DNA from: Marsupella aquatica
Lineage: Eukaryota; Plantae; Marchantiophyta
Reading direction: 5' to 3'
NCBI GenBank assembly: GCA_973895155.1
Contig: OZ316893.1
Location: forward strand, 15,406,645-15,470,644
DNA: 64,000 bases
In this document: one piece after another, positions 50,501-62,467 of the stretch
Position numbering within the stretch: the first letter of the stretch is position 1
Layout: each line of letters starts with the position of its first letter
Program-made: the position numbers and the translations under genes
The notes under the pieces: generated by a model
Told to the model about the DNA's origin: nothing
Seen by the model: only the letters and a program-made list of their open reading frames with translations
Database searches by the model: none

Positions 50501-52597
50501 ATAAATAATAAATAAAAATAAAATTGACAAAGGCAACGGCAAGAGTCCAAGGGCAAATTGATTGACATTCCTAGACAGGTGAGAGCTGCTATGTTATGAT
50601 AAATTTTCTTGGAGTTTCTCTGGTGCTTGGAATTTTAGGGCTTAATTAGGTTCCAACTAATTTCTCTGGTGCACACTTTCTCTGGCACAGATGTGCTTGA
50701 ATGAGCTGCCAATTCCAGCTGCTTGTGCACTATTGGCCTGTGTATCTCATCATCAAGAGCCACATTTAGACATCAACAAAGTAAACATTATCACCAATGC
50801 CACCCGAGCTTTTTCCTATGGCCCATGCCGTTATGGATCTCCCTAGTTGGCTTGACATGGCCTGCAATTAGAGGCAGTACACGCAATCATAGATCTGCCC
50901 ACTCTGGAATTGTGTTGTTTGTTAGCTCCTTGAATCATCTTGGCAAGTTTTCCAATAGTAAGTTGTAATGTTATCTTCACACCTGAGACTGGATCTCAAT
51001 ATATACATCATGCCTTATGTCTGCCATTCATAAGAATTGAAGAAGGTCTAACTGTTGTGAACAACAGAAGCAACACTCATCCTCTTCCTTATTAAACATG
51101 TCGTCATTGTCACTACAATTATCCACATTGCTCTCAATTGAATTATCTATGTTACAAATGAGCCATCAAACAAATGATTTCATTGTCCATCCTACCATTG
51201 TGAATTCAATCCAAAATGATTTAGTTGAACTAAGTGACGGTCCAATGAATTTGATTGCTGCTCCAATGGAATTTGATTTGTATTCTACTAAGGCTAATTG
51301 TTGAATTGTGTCTTCCCTTTCAATTTTTTAGAAATATAAATTGAAACATTCCATCTACAGCAATCAATTATTAATTGCTGTAATTGAGAGTTGTGGAAAT
51401 TTCAAAATGTTCAGCCATCCATTAGCTTCTTTATCTATTTTGCAAACTTTAGCAACAACTTAGATTATGGTTAATGCAAAGCTTGACCTGGAATCTTGAA
51501 TTTTATGTGTAGGATAGTTGGATGTTGAGGAGAGTTTTTCAACTGGGACCAGCGCAAACAGCGATAATCTGCTGCAAAGAAAGGGACATGTTGTGAATGG
51601 CAACTGTGCACTTGTGGTCCTATGAGCTATGGAGGTCCTCTGACCAGCTCCATAGCCTGTGAGCGCTGCAGCTATGGAGGTCTTGATCTGCTGCAATGCA
51701 TGTAAGGGAGACGTTGAATTCCTAAGATTGAAGAAAGGCACAATCTCCCCTTCGAATGTGATCCTATTTTCAAGGGACATCTTTTTGTAACCCCATCATT
51801 GAGTGAGAAGAGAGCACTGCAACCTCCCCTAAAAACATGACCTTACTGCAAAGGGCATCTACAGTAGTAACCCCAGTAGTACTTATCACACGTGAGCCCC
51901 TAAAGTCACTGTCTTGCTTATTTGCTAAACTAACCTGTTGCATGCAAGGCAACTTTGGGAGAGTTTAAGGAAACACACCAAAAAGCTGATATTGGGAATC
52001 TGGAAGATTTGGCCCCTTTACATTACTTAGGGGTAACATTGAGGGAAATATTTAATGTCAAAGTTAGCTGTACAAAACTCCTTGCACTTGAAGCATTGGG
52101 AGTTGTACTCATGCGAGTAGGTTCCACAAGAATAGCGCTTTCTGGGTTTGGGGTAGGGCCTCTCTCCATTGGCCTTTCTGGCTCTCATGGCTAATTAGAC
52201 GGTTTTTCCCTCTTGAGGTTGGGGTTGTGGCCCCTATCCTGGGCAGGCGCTTGGTGCCCCTTTTGGCCTAGGTAGTCTTTTCCCCCTTTTTGCCGGTTTG
52301 AGTTTTATTCTAGAAATGCAAAACGTGGACATGGAGTGAGTGATGAAGTAGTTTTTACATTAATCCACAACTCTCTCAATTCTTCATGAAAAGTAGAGGC
52401 AATAGTCAGATCGAGTGCTTGGAAATATCTTTCCAAGCCCACTTCTAAGGAGCCCAAGAATAGATGATTTACTTGGATACAAGGAAGATATTGAAGGTGT
52501 TGAAAATGAGAAGATAAAGTGTCAATAAGTTAAGGTGTAATAGGTATCACAGTCTAGGGGGTTGCATGGTTCAAGGGCTTGGTCCATGGAAGCATTG

Positions 52598-52877
52598 TCT
52601 TGTGGGGTCTATAGGAACCACTTACAATCCAAAATAGTAGGTTTTTTGGATGGAATTTAGTTATAATATAGAAAGAGTAGGAGGTCTAAAAAGAGACTAT
52701 AAACTTCAGGCTATAGAATCTTTTCTAATATATCATATAAAGTAAAGTCGGTCATTAATATTGAAAATAAACAATATTCCTGGACTATTGCACAAATAGA
52801 AGTGGGACTAAGAAACTAGGTTTGCATGTGCTATCCCAAAATATACACCCAAGAATATACACTAAATTAATCCGCAG
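52598..52877 (-). mobile_element. Old degenerate family A MITE copy
   Basis: Reverse complement resembles TTAACTAAGTGTATATTTTGGG..., TTTTCAATATTAAT and CCTATTTTGGAT..GTGGTTCCTA; TIRs and TSD eroded. Confidence 0.6.
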
Positions 52878-53862
52878 CCCAAGAGTATTCTTTCCCCAGA
52901 AAGTAGGGAAGTAATGGGCGACTCCACCATAGTTTTCCCTTACCATAGGTGAGTTGTTAAAACAACTACCATAATTAGTAGAAAATAGAGGGCACAAATC
53001 TAGGGTGATTTTGCTCTCAATTGAACTAACTAGGATTTGAATAGGGGTTGAAACTGTCAAAAGGGTTAATTTCAAGATGTTTAGGGTTGAGGTTTAGGGT
53101 TTTGTTTAGTCACCTGCAGTTTTGTTGGCTAGCGACATGGAAGCTAGTGGTGGTTTAAGAACAATGATAGCCCGTCGTTTCACCCAATTCTGTACCGTAT
53201 AACTCGATTCTCTTCCAATTGATCCAAACAATTAGCTACAATGATCTTGAAGGTGGAATTATTTGGAATTAGGGGGAAATAGGATGAACACTGACATGAA
53301 GATCCAAATGACTTTATCTTCCAAGTTACTTAGTGAACCCATCCATATGGACGTCAACTTCCATGTTGATCCAAGATCCAGCATGCTCATTCACATGATG
53401 GTAGTAAACATAGGGTCATGTAGGACACACTCAACAAGGCACACAATTTTGATGCGACACTTTTAGTTATTTCACCGAGGAGGGGTGTTTGTAAACTAAT
53501 TACGAGAGCAACATAAAGTGTAGTAGCATCATCTAGAAGTGGGTCTGAAAATGTGTAATAAATTGCAGGAGCCCAGACCAACTTTCAGGTTCCCAGACCA
53601 ATTTTCTGAAGAATGAAGGCCTGAATTGGAGTTCCTGTACTATGGCAAAGCTGTTGGGATGTGCAACAAGAGAAGTTTGAAATGCAGAGACATAGCTTAG
53701 ATCCACCGAAACAAAAGCCAAGGTTGGCAAAATCATTTCGATTCTAGAGACAAGGCCCAATTTTATTGTAGATGAATAGTACCGCCACTCAAATAATCAC
53801 CTCTTATTATTCACAAACAATCTCCCCCCACCACAAATGCTACCCCACTAGTACGATTGAGC

Positions 53863-55065
53863 TCATTTCCGGTGATCTGCTGCTGAGCTCGCCAAGAGAA
53901 CCACGGCTGCAAGGAACATGATAATCATAGCTACCAGCAAAGCATAGGTTGTCCGAGATGATTGGTGATATTCCTTGAAGATGACGATGGCCCAGAAGGT
54001 ACTCACCAAGGGCAAGGCATCCACTGAGTCTGCTGCTGCATACCCAGCTGCTTCACCCCCCATGAAATAAAAGCCATTGCCAACACTGCACAGTACCCCT
54101 GCCAACAGTGCCCACCAGCGACCCTCCCAATCCACCAGCCAGGCAGAGATTGAAGACTTGGGCAACCCCAGCATGGGCCGGTAGAGAAAGATGAGGTTGA
54201 TTCCAAAGCCAAAGGCAAAGCTACCACACGAGAAGTAGAAGAAAGCAGTGTAGACTACCAAGTGTGGAATTCCTGCGTTCAAGTAGTGCCACTGATCATT
54301 GGTTGCCAAGTTGAAGGCAGGACTGAAAAGGGCAAAGCACAAGCCTGCGAAGAAGACTATGGCCAGTCCGAAAATGTAACTGGCACTGCCTAACTTCAGA
54401 GCCCGTTTGTCGTCCAACTCTTGGAAAAACTCAGCTCTCCCATGTGAACCTTTCTTTCTGGCATCTTCGTGAGGAACAAGGAAATTCAACTCATCTTCAC
54501 CACATTCTCCACCATCAACAGCTTGCTGGGCATCGTTTTTGGCGAGCTCCACCATTGCTTTAATGTCTGCTGCATTGGAGCCGTGCAGAAGGGAGCCCAA
54601 GCAGGCAGCAACCAGAAAGCATCCGAAGCCAGGAAACAAAATCTCAGGGCGGTTGATGCGCCCATCAAGGAAGTAGTTCATTGTTCCGCCGAGAAGCACT
54701 GAAATGCTCGAGGCGATGACATTTGTTGCAGATAGACCCACGAGAGGCCACCCATGCTGAGTGGCGAGGTTGCCCAGGGATAGGGCCAACCCGCTCACAA
54801 GGGCAAAGGCCACAGATGGCCCATTCTCCTGGCCCAGCTGGGTAAGAAAATTTGGAGATTCTGGCTCACTTGGTCCAATTTGTCCTAGAGTGAATGCAAT
54901 CACAACTGCACCGAGAAAGTTGGTGATTGAGTAGTCCAGATAGGTGTGCTGTAGTAGACGTCCCTTCTGCTCCAGAGAGTTGAGAATCGCAGGCCATGTG
55001 CCCAGAAAGCATAATGATGCTATCATCAAAGATATGGCGCCACCTTTGTCCTCAACCACAAACAT
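53863..55065 (-). CDS. UPS: Ureide permease (UPS family), intronless, 400 aa
   Basis: MFVVEDKGGAI.LM...CFLGTWPA...LE.KGRL.QHTYLDYSITN, NYFLDGRINRPEILFPG, FSPAFNLATNDQW, AAGYAAADSVDALPLVSTFW...EY..SSR.TY; about 10 hydrophobic segments. Confidence 0.95.
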   Translation of the reverse strand: MFVVEDKGGAISLMIASLCFLGTWPAILNSLEQKGRLLQHTYLDYSITNFLGAVVIAFTLGQIGPSEPESPNFLTQLGQENGPSVAFALVSGLALSLGNLATQHGWPLVGLSATNVIASSISVLLGGTMNYFLDGRINRPEILFPGFGCFLVAACLGSLLHGSNAADIKAMVELAKNDAQQAVDGGECGEDELNFLVPHEDARKKGSHGRAEFFQELDDKRALKLGSASYIFGLAIVFFAGLCFALFSPAFNLATNDQWHYLNAGIPHLVVYTAFFYFSCGSFAFGFGINLIFLYRPMLGLPKSSISAWLVDWEGRWWALLAGVLCSVGNGFYFMGGEAAGYAAADSVDALPLVSTFWAIVIFKEYHQSSRTTYALLVAMIIMFLAAVVLLASSAADHRK

Positions 55066-55202
55066 CCTGCTCGAGCTCCCTTCTACGCCACGGGCATGGT
55101 TGATTCAGCAGGAAGTAAATGCGACCTGGGCGATGGGGGAGGTCACCAAATCCTTGCCGTTTCCCGTCTGATCAAGTCTTTACGCTTCTGTCAATAGCAC
55201 GC

Positions 55203-55433
55203 TCGAGAATAGTGATGGACGATGATTGAGGATCTCTCTTTCAGTGGCTTCACAGCAACGATCTCGAGTATGTGCCCAAATTCGTGAGACCCAAACATTG
55301 TAAAAAGTATTATTAAAACGAATAAAAAGTCGAGAATAGTGATGGACGATAATTGAGGATCTCTCTTTGAGTGGCTTCACAGAAACGATCTCGAGTATGT
55401 GCCCAAATTCGTGAGAGACAAACATTGTAAAAG
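55203..55433. repeat. ~103-bp direct duplication (period 127)
   Basis: TCGAGAATAGTGATGGACGAT...CAAACATTGTAAAA at 55203 and 55330. Confidence 0.95.
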
Positions 55434-55629
55434 TTTCTTCAATGAAAGATTGTTCAGGCTCCTTGTCTGACTTCGCTTTTGCAGATCCATTTCCATTTTC
55501 AGTGGCAGAAATTGTTTGGGATGTCTCTGTTTCTTTCAGCCTTCTTTCTTTAAGCCAGGTAGTCAATATACAGTTCACATCCTCTGGCACTTCATCGTGG
55601 GGGCAATGACCTAGCATACCCAACAGCAC
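55433..55629 (-). pseudogene. 197-bp duplicated fragment of the last exon (plus intron end) of the neighbouring photolyase-hydrolase gene
   Basis: Appears identical to 56326-56522 (GHCPHDEVPEDVNCILTTWLKE...SFIEET); flanked by AGACAAACATTGTAAAAG at 55416-55433 and 55631-55648. Confidence 0.95.
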
Positions 55630-56264
55630 AAGACAAACATTGTAAAAGCCTTAGTATGAGTTTGTCATGAGGACTTCTTTAATCTTCAGCGGTAATACCG
55701 GCTTCGAGGTTGGAAAGCTACAACCTTTTCGATTTCTGGCTCAAACAAGTTCGCACACTATCTTAAATAATCAAATGTAAAGGTTCACAATGTTGATATA
55801 AGATATACTCAAAAAAATTACATTAGTCTCAAATGGCTCCAGGGCATTAGAGCTTGAATGTAACTCTACGAGGGTCACCGGCTTTAGCCATGTCACAGAC
55901 AACCGCCATCGCAATATCTTCCCAGATTATCGACGGACCGATCTGCAGATCCCGCTAATTATAGAGCCACTGACGATACCCACGGTCAAGATCTGGAACA
56001 GTTGAGACCTTTTGTGCTTCAGATGGAGAATGAGCTTTTGCAGAGAGCTCCGCCTCTGGTTTGATGGACATCTATTCTGCAGATAGTCTCCCTACGTGTC
56101 ATTTCAGAGGCTTTAGAAGCATTAGCATCAAGTCTGGATGGATGAATATTATTTGACGATAGCCACTTAATCAGTGGCTCCAACCGAGTTCCAAGTGGTA
56201 AGTCTAGCTTAGATATCGTCTATACAGAAAACTGATTCACACGATTCACTATTCGACTCTGTGT

Positions 56265-59200
56265 CTATACAAGCTCCTCTAGTTCCTCTATCAAAGGACT
56301 AAGTACGTCTCGTACAACTCCATTTGTTTCTTCAATGAAAGATTGTTCAGGCTCCTTGTCTGACTTCGCTTTTGCAGATCCATTTCCATTTTCAGTGGCA
56401 GAAATTGTTTGGGATGTCTCTGTTTCTTTCAGCCTTCTTTCTTTAAGCCAGGTAGTCAATATACAGTTCACATCCTCTGGCACTTCATCGTGGGGGCAAT
56501 GACCTAGCATACCCAACAGCACGAAATTAATCAAAGAGAATAAATCCAGCTATCTGCATGCTTGCCAAGAAGCGTCACAACCAACACACGACAGACTCGC
56601 GGATTCCTTACTGACCATGATTCTTAAGTGCAAGTTGAAGCAGCAGGGATTGAGAGCAGATGCCTTACCAGCATTTACATACTGGATAGATACATTTTTG
56701 CAATAAGCTTGAAGCATGCTTGCTCTTTTCGAAGAATTGTGCAATGGATCTCTCATGCCCTGGTAGTTGTGGACATGCAGTAGTCAGTGCGCTTGCTTCA
56801 CAGGCCAGCAAAAATCAAACCGCTCGTACTCAAAGGTAATTTCGAAGGTCAATTTAACGGTGTGATCGTTTAATTTAGTTTTTCGATAACTACCTGGATG
56901 ATCAAAACGTCGCCTTTGTAACGGTCTAGGTAATAATTTAAGGGCAATGGAGCACGCAAGTGGAACATGGCTTCAAGTACCGCTGTTGCATTTGGATCGT
57001 AAGACTGCAAACCCATTCGTCAAGGTAAACTCAACGTTAAATCTCCTATAATGGCTCTGTATCTGTCCATGCTGGAAACTCAAGAAAACAACGGCAATTA
57101 TGCTAAATAGAACGAAATGAACTACTTCCAAAGGATACGGCTCGCATCACTTCATCCTGTAGCCAGCTGTCGGCTCTCGATGGATTCTGATGAGAAGGAC
57201 TAACGTGAGAAAAATTATTTCGCAACAGTTGCTAATCCTAGATTGCAACGGCAGACAACATTAATAGCTCATGCGTAACTCCAGAAGCACAACACCTCTA
57301 TTTGAATCAGCTCTGTAAAACAACTTTGCAAAAACACCTTAGCCTGAGAGATCCGGATATTGAGTACTTTCTAAGACTGAATGAAGGGACCTACTGTAAT
57401 AATTTCATTTCACTTTTAAAGGTGTCCCTCAGTAAACGAGAATAAGAAGACATTGCATGTAATACCTGTTTACATTGTAAACAGTCCTCTTGCACTTCTT
57501 CCCAGGGACTCCTTTCTAAACTGAGAAAAACGTAATACATAAACTTTGCTGGAAATCGATGGGAATGATAGTCGAGTGCACAATACCGAGGGATAGCACT
57601 TGGTGAGCATTCCATTGCTAAGATTCTGTAAGTAGGCAAGAAGCAGCCGAGATCCCACGTATGCTACAGAAGATTTTTCTCTCGGCTGTTAAATCAAGTA
57701 CCATTGCACTAATTAAACTCAAATCCAAATTTCCATACAAAAGATCCAGAGCGTCAACTTCAAGAGAGCTCCCCCACCCCTTCAGCATGAGCACTCTCAG
57801 GCACGCTCCTCCTGAATGAAACTGCAGGAAACTAGATATTGTGAACTGCACTTAATAGAACTATATATGTTTTGCGAAATGAACACAAACCTTGTTATAC
57901 TGCAGAGATTTGTAATCAGGAATCACTTGTCCGGCACTATTAAGGAGGACCAAAGCGTTTATCAGGGAGGGCCAAAGTCCAGCAACAACGCTTGAAGTGT
58001 AACCTGTAGCACATGTGGAACAAAGAAAACTTTATCTAGTGAGGACATATCGTTAATATGACTGCTTGCATTAAAACGACCACCACCGCCATCAGGTTGC
58101 AAGCAGCAATTGCAAAAAATCTACCCGGTCTCATTCTTGAAAATATATGGAAGACACTCACAAAGCAAACCAACTCCGGAAGTGCAACGTCTGCTCTTTC
58201 AGACCTAGCCATCAGCTAGAACATAACCCAGGAAAAGGTAGCCGAAAATCACCTCCGATTGAGTTGCCAGCTATAATTACAGGTTCCCGCACAACTTCAA
58301 CAATGAAGTCTCGCACTAGTTCCCCCCAAACCAAGTCTGTATAAGTAATAAAAGGTTTCTCTGATCGCCCAAATCCAAGCATTGTCAACGCAAACACCCG
58401 ATACCCAGATTCGGCAACACTGTTGATATTGTCTCTCCAATGCTGCCAAAAGGCTCCAAAACCGTGCACAAACACCACTGGTGGCCCAGACGTTCCAGCA
58501 AATGCATACTGTAGAGCCCAAACAGCCAACACACTAGGAATGTCAAGTTATTATAGTTTGTGATACCTTGACACAAGAACCATCTAAAAACTTCTACTTT
58601 TATGGGAGGAACTGTCGGCAACAACAGGTTAAAAGTAGGGTTAGACAACGCGCAGAATTGTATGCAAAGAATCCCACCCTGGAGTTAAGGATGCACCGCT
58701 ACAGGCAATTTTGAGGATATCATTCAGATGTGAGAAATGTACAGGATAGAGCTTAGAGCAGCAACTTATGACTTTTCAGCTAACCTGAATCAGAAATCCT
58801 CTCCACCGCCAGGTCCCTACTTGAAAACCCTGTTCTCTACCTTGCTCACGACTTTTCAAAGCGAGCAGCTGATACCACTGATATTGAGCACACACAAAAA
58901 GACACAATGTCACGGAATAGAATCAGAGAAATTCAACTGAGTTCCCTCGAAGAGAGATTAAAAAAGGTGTCCGAATCCATCAAAGATATAAGCAGCCAAC
59001 TACCCTCCTTCCATAAAACCTAAAATGAGTCGTTCAAAGCGATAACGTCAACCACTGACACAAAAAATTCAGGATTTGCGTACCGAAAGCAGAATTTATC
59101 TACTGGGACTACGTTTCATACATTCTTAGACTATATTCCTTAAAACGACAAGTCCACACACCTCAATTGCTTTCGAGTCTCCGATAGCTGAAGCTGCAGT

Positions 59201-62200
59201 AAAAGAAGAAAATCCGAAAGGAGACAGCCATCCACCACCCCTCGCCTTCTCGTAATCGATACCTTCCTGGTAAATTCGTCTCAGGGAAAGAGTGCCTAAA
59301 ACCAAGGCATTGCCAAAAATTGCTCTAAACGAAGCCCCAGGTCGGCTTTCCAGGCTCAAGATATGCTCGTACACCCTGCAAAGGAAATCATAAAGATCAC
59401 TTTGTGAGAAGCGACTGCAGGTGCGGAGGAAAGGATGACAAGGTTGTCAAACTGTTAAAGCGAGACAGATTTGACCGGCACCAAAATTGGTGAAAACAAA
59501 GATAACAGAGATTAAAAATCATTGTCATCTGCTGTGTAAACCCTAAACCCTAAACCCTAAAGTAGCACAATGTGCCTACATATTATTTCATATCTTGATC
59601 AAGTCAACACCTACAGCAACCAGAAGGAAGGCCAAGAATCTTAGAAGGCCACCCACTCTTGCCAATCGTTCCTTCCAGTTGGTTCTAGGAATCTCAAATA
59701 TCCCTTCAAAATGTTCAAGGCACCAGTGGCGCCACCTTTCAGTACGTAACCTTTTTGACCGTCCTCGTTGCTGACACGAGCAATTTCTTTCTTCTTCCTC
59801 TCAAAAGCTTCGTATGGACTCGCCAATATGTATTTTTCTCTCCAGGCAGCGAGATCTTTCAGAACTCCTGACGCTATCTGAACTGTTGTATTGGACGACA
59901 TTTCCACTGGGCTTCGTACTCCCAAAAGTACCTGCGCATCTAACTCTTGGGCTCCCTTAAGTTTTTCCCAGGTCGGGTCTTTAGTTCTTATCTCTTCGAT
60001 GGCGCTCAACATCTCCTCAACAGACGGTAACAAACCTGGTTTGGAAAGATTCAACACAATTGTTTCATATCTAATCAATGAAAACAGTAGCCTCGTATCC
60101 CATGTATGATAGAGCCAAAGAGGAAAGGGAAACCACACAAGAAGCTGAACAATACGAGCTAAAGTAGAACACAAAGACTAATACCTTTGTCATAGCTTCT
60201 TGAAATAGATGGTAGGAGAGCAGGAGGCTCTAGTGGTGCAGCATAAGGATATTGTTTTTCCTGGAACTTCTTATAACTATCTGGAAACTCTTGAAAACCC
60301 TGTTTTACACATTGGAGACAAAAATCGTCAGAATCGGGAACTCACCTGGTGCAGCCAGAGTACCAACATGCAGAGAGGACACGCTAGTACCACACCGTGC
60401 CAGTAATAAACGTCAGTCTTTAAGGGAAAATGGCTCCCTCAACTAAAGAAGTCCCCAAACCAACTAGAGGTCAACTTTAAGAAAACACATCCAACCTGGT
60501 TCACTTCGTCCCAGCATTAGCTGCCACAGCGCTAAAACGACCGATTATAGGATTGGCCATATGACGAGATATACGCACTGAACATTCTCGAGGTGGGTGC
60601 ATTATTGGAGAATTTACCTCAATATCATAGATTGAAGTCCTCCAATGCTTGATTAACGGGATTTTCCCTGCATCTCCTTTTTCTGAGAGCGAGACAGAGA
60701 CAGAGCGTACCAGTTGATGCCACTCCATCTCCACCTCTTCCTCTGTGATGATATCCAGGGCCTCAACCTGTGGGGCAAAAGGCAGGTACATTACACGAAT
60801 GTATAAACGGAGGCTTGAGCCGCAAGAGCTACCCACTCTCCAAGTTTACTCTCGGCGAAAGTAAGTCTAATATTTAGATATCAAAGACATTTGCTTATTT
60901 TTCAATCTCATGGTCTCGTCCAAATAAGACAAAGAATAATAGATCTAGCTTCTCAGTGAAACCAAAAGAGGACAGCAAGGCTGTCTCCTTCTCGACGTAG
61001 CCAACCCTAGAGTTTCCCTTGTTGCAACATTACATCCCGCCCGAATTTAACTTCTATCGCACATAATTCTTGCTTCCACTTTTCATCACAGATTACTGAT
61101 ATTTGCTCCGTTGTTACTGTAGCTACTGACCTCTCGTGCGATTGCACAGAGCACATTTGGAGTTCTCCCAAATCTGATGACGAGATCCGAGCCAATTGCT
61201 TGTAGTGAGTTCCGAAGATCATGAAGAGCATCCCATAGAGCTTTCACCAGCTCAGCTGACCAACCTACCAAATATCCCAGGGAAGGAGTTCAAAAGTTGC
61301 AGCTAAATTTCTGTCATTCTAAGCTACCAATATTTCTCTTTGTTCAACCTTCACATCCTGGACAAAACCTGTGATTTCCTCGGCAAACTATACGGAAGTA
61401 GCAGGCCAGGCCACATGACAAAGTATTTGGTAAATCATTTAGCAAACCACTTCGACAGTCATTGGAAAATGAAAAGGGTCTAGGATGGAAAGAGATTTTA
61501 AGCAGCAGCAAACATGCCACCTTGAGGTACAATAACCGAATGTAATCAACAAGGACTTCAAAAGAACGAAAACGTTTCGCATTTGTTCAGAACTTATCCA
61601 GACTAGTATTACAGCTTGTGAATTGTAAGAAGGAGAAGGGCCAGTTAAAAAACCGCAAAATAATGCAATAAAATCATTCTGAAGCAGTATCTTATAATCG
61701 ATACTGGCTTCCCACACTTCTCAAGCGTGCAAGGACAATGACTTATCTCTTCTGCATCATCAAGCCTGCAATTTTGACTGATAATGAAGCAGAATTTTCT
61801 CTCTTTGCTATGAGCAAAGAATTTTACAGACAAGTAAAAGTGAACAATAATGAAGCAGTTCTCTGCTGACCGCCGTGGATGCCAACTGTATGACATACAA
61901 GCATCACACTGTAGGAGTCAATTGGGTAGAGAACAAGCTTGGAAGCTGGTCACAGAGTGAGAGTTCTTTGTTAGGGCAGGTGGAAGGGGAACCAAACAGA
62001 CCAGCTAGAAGTACGGGATCGAATATGTAAAGAGGGAGAACTTTCTCGTACGCGCTCGCAGCCGTCAGCCCCGGATGATCATCGAGTCGCAGGTCCCGCT
62101 TGAACCACACCACTGCTGTCGCCCTCCTTCCAATACTAACCTCCTCCTCCTCTTCCATAACCTGTGGCTTTGTGGCAGCTCCGTTGCCATTGTCATTGCC

Positions 62201-62467
62201 GTTGCTGGAACATACCGCAAACCCCCAATTCTTCAGATGCCGAGGCAATTTCCGGCGGGCAGAGCAGATGGCTGCTGTGTCTCGAGATACAGGGTCCAGA
62301 GGACTGAAGGGGAGATGATTCACTCTGGTACCACAACTTTGGAGCCTCTCAGTAACAACAGGCAGGCAAACGGTTGCAGCATCATTGAGTAGTGTAGAGT
62401 GTACAAGGCAGGTTACCGCGGAAGCCACATTGGTTGTATACATTGTCTCAATCAAACCAACCTTCAT
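56265..62467 (-). CDS. DNA photolyase N-terminal domain + alpha/beta-hydrolase fusion protein (At4g25290-like), multi-exon, transit-peptide-like N-terminus
   Basis: Exon 1 AVVWFKRDLRLDDHPGL...PLYIFDP (ends 62002); 61131-61264 ALHDLRNSLQAIGSDLVIRFG; 60618-60767 IITEEEVE; LKGGATGALNILKGYL; GPPVVFVHGFGAFWQHWRDN...GFGRSEKP...AGNSIGG; last exon GHCPHDEVPE. Start at 62443 or 62467; not all internal exons mapped. Confidence 0.9.
59537..59561. repeat. Interstitial plant-telomere-type repeat (TAAACCC)3 / telo-boxes in an intron
   Basis: TAAACCCTAAACCCTAAACCCTAAA. Confidence 0.85.

Noticed and set aside
50900-52200. LINE ORF1 / zinc-knuckle remnant on the minus strand (CLACNR)
   Set aside because: Only a weak Cys pair amid many stops; insufficient to call
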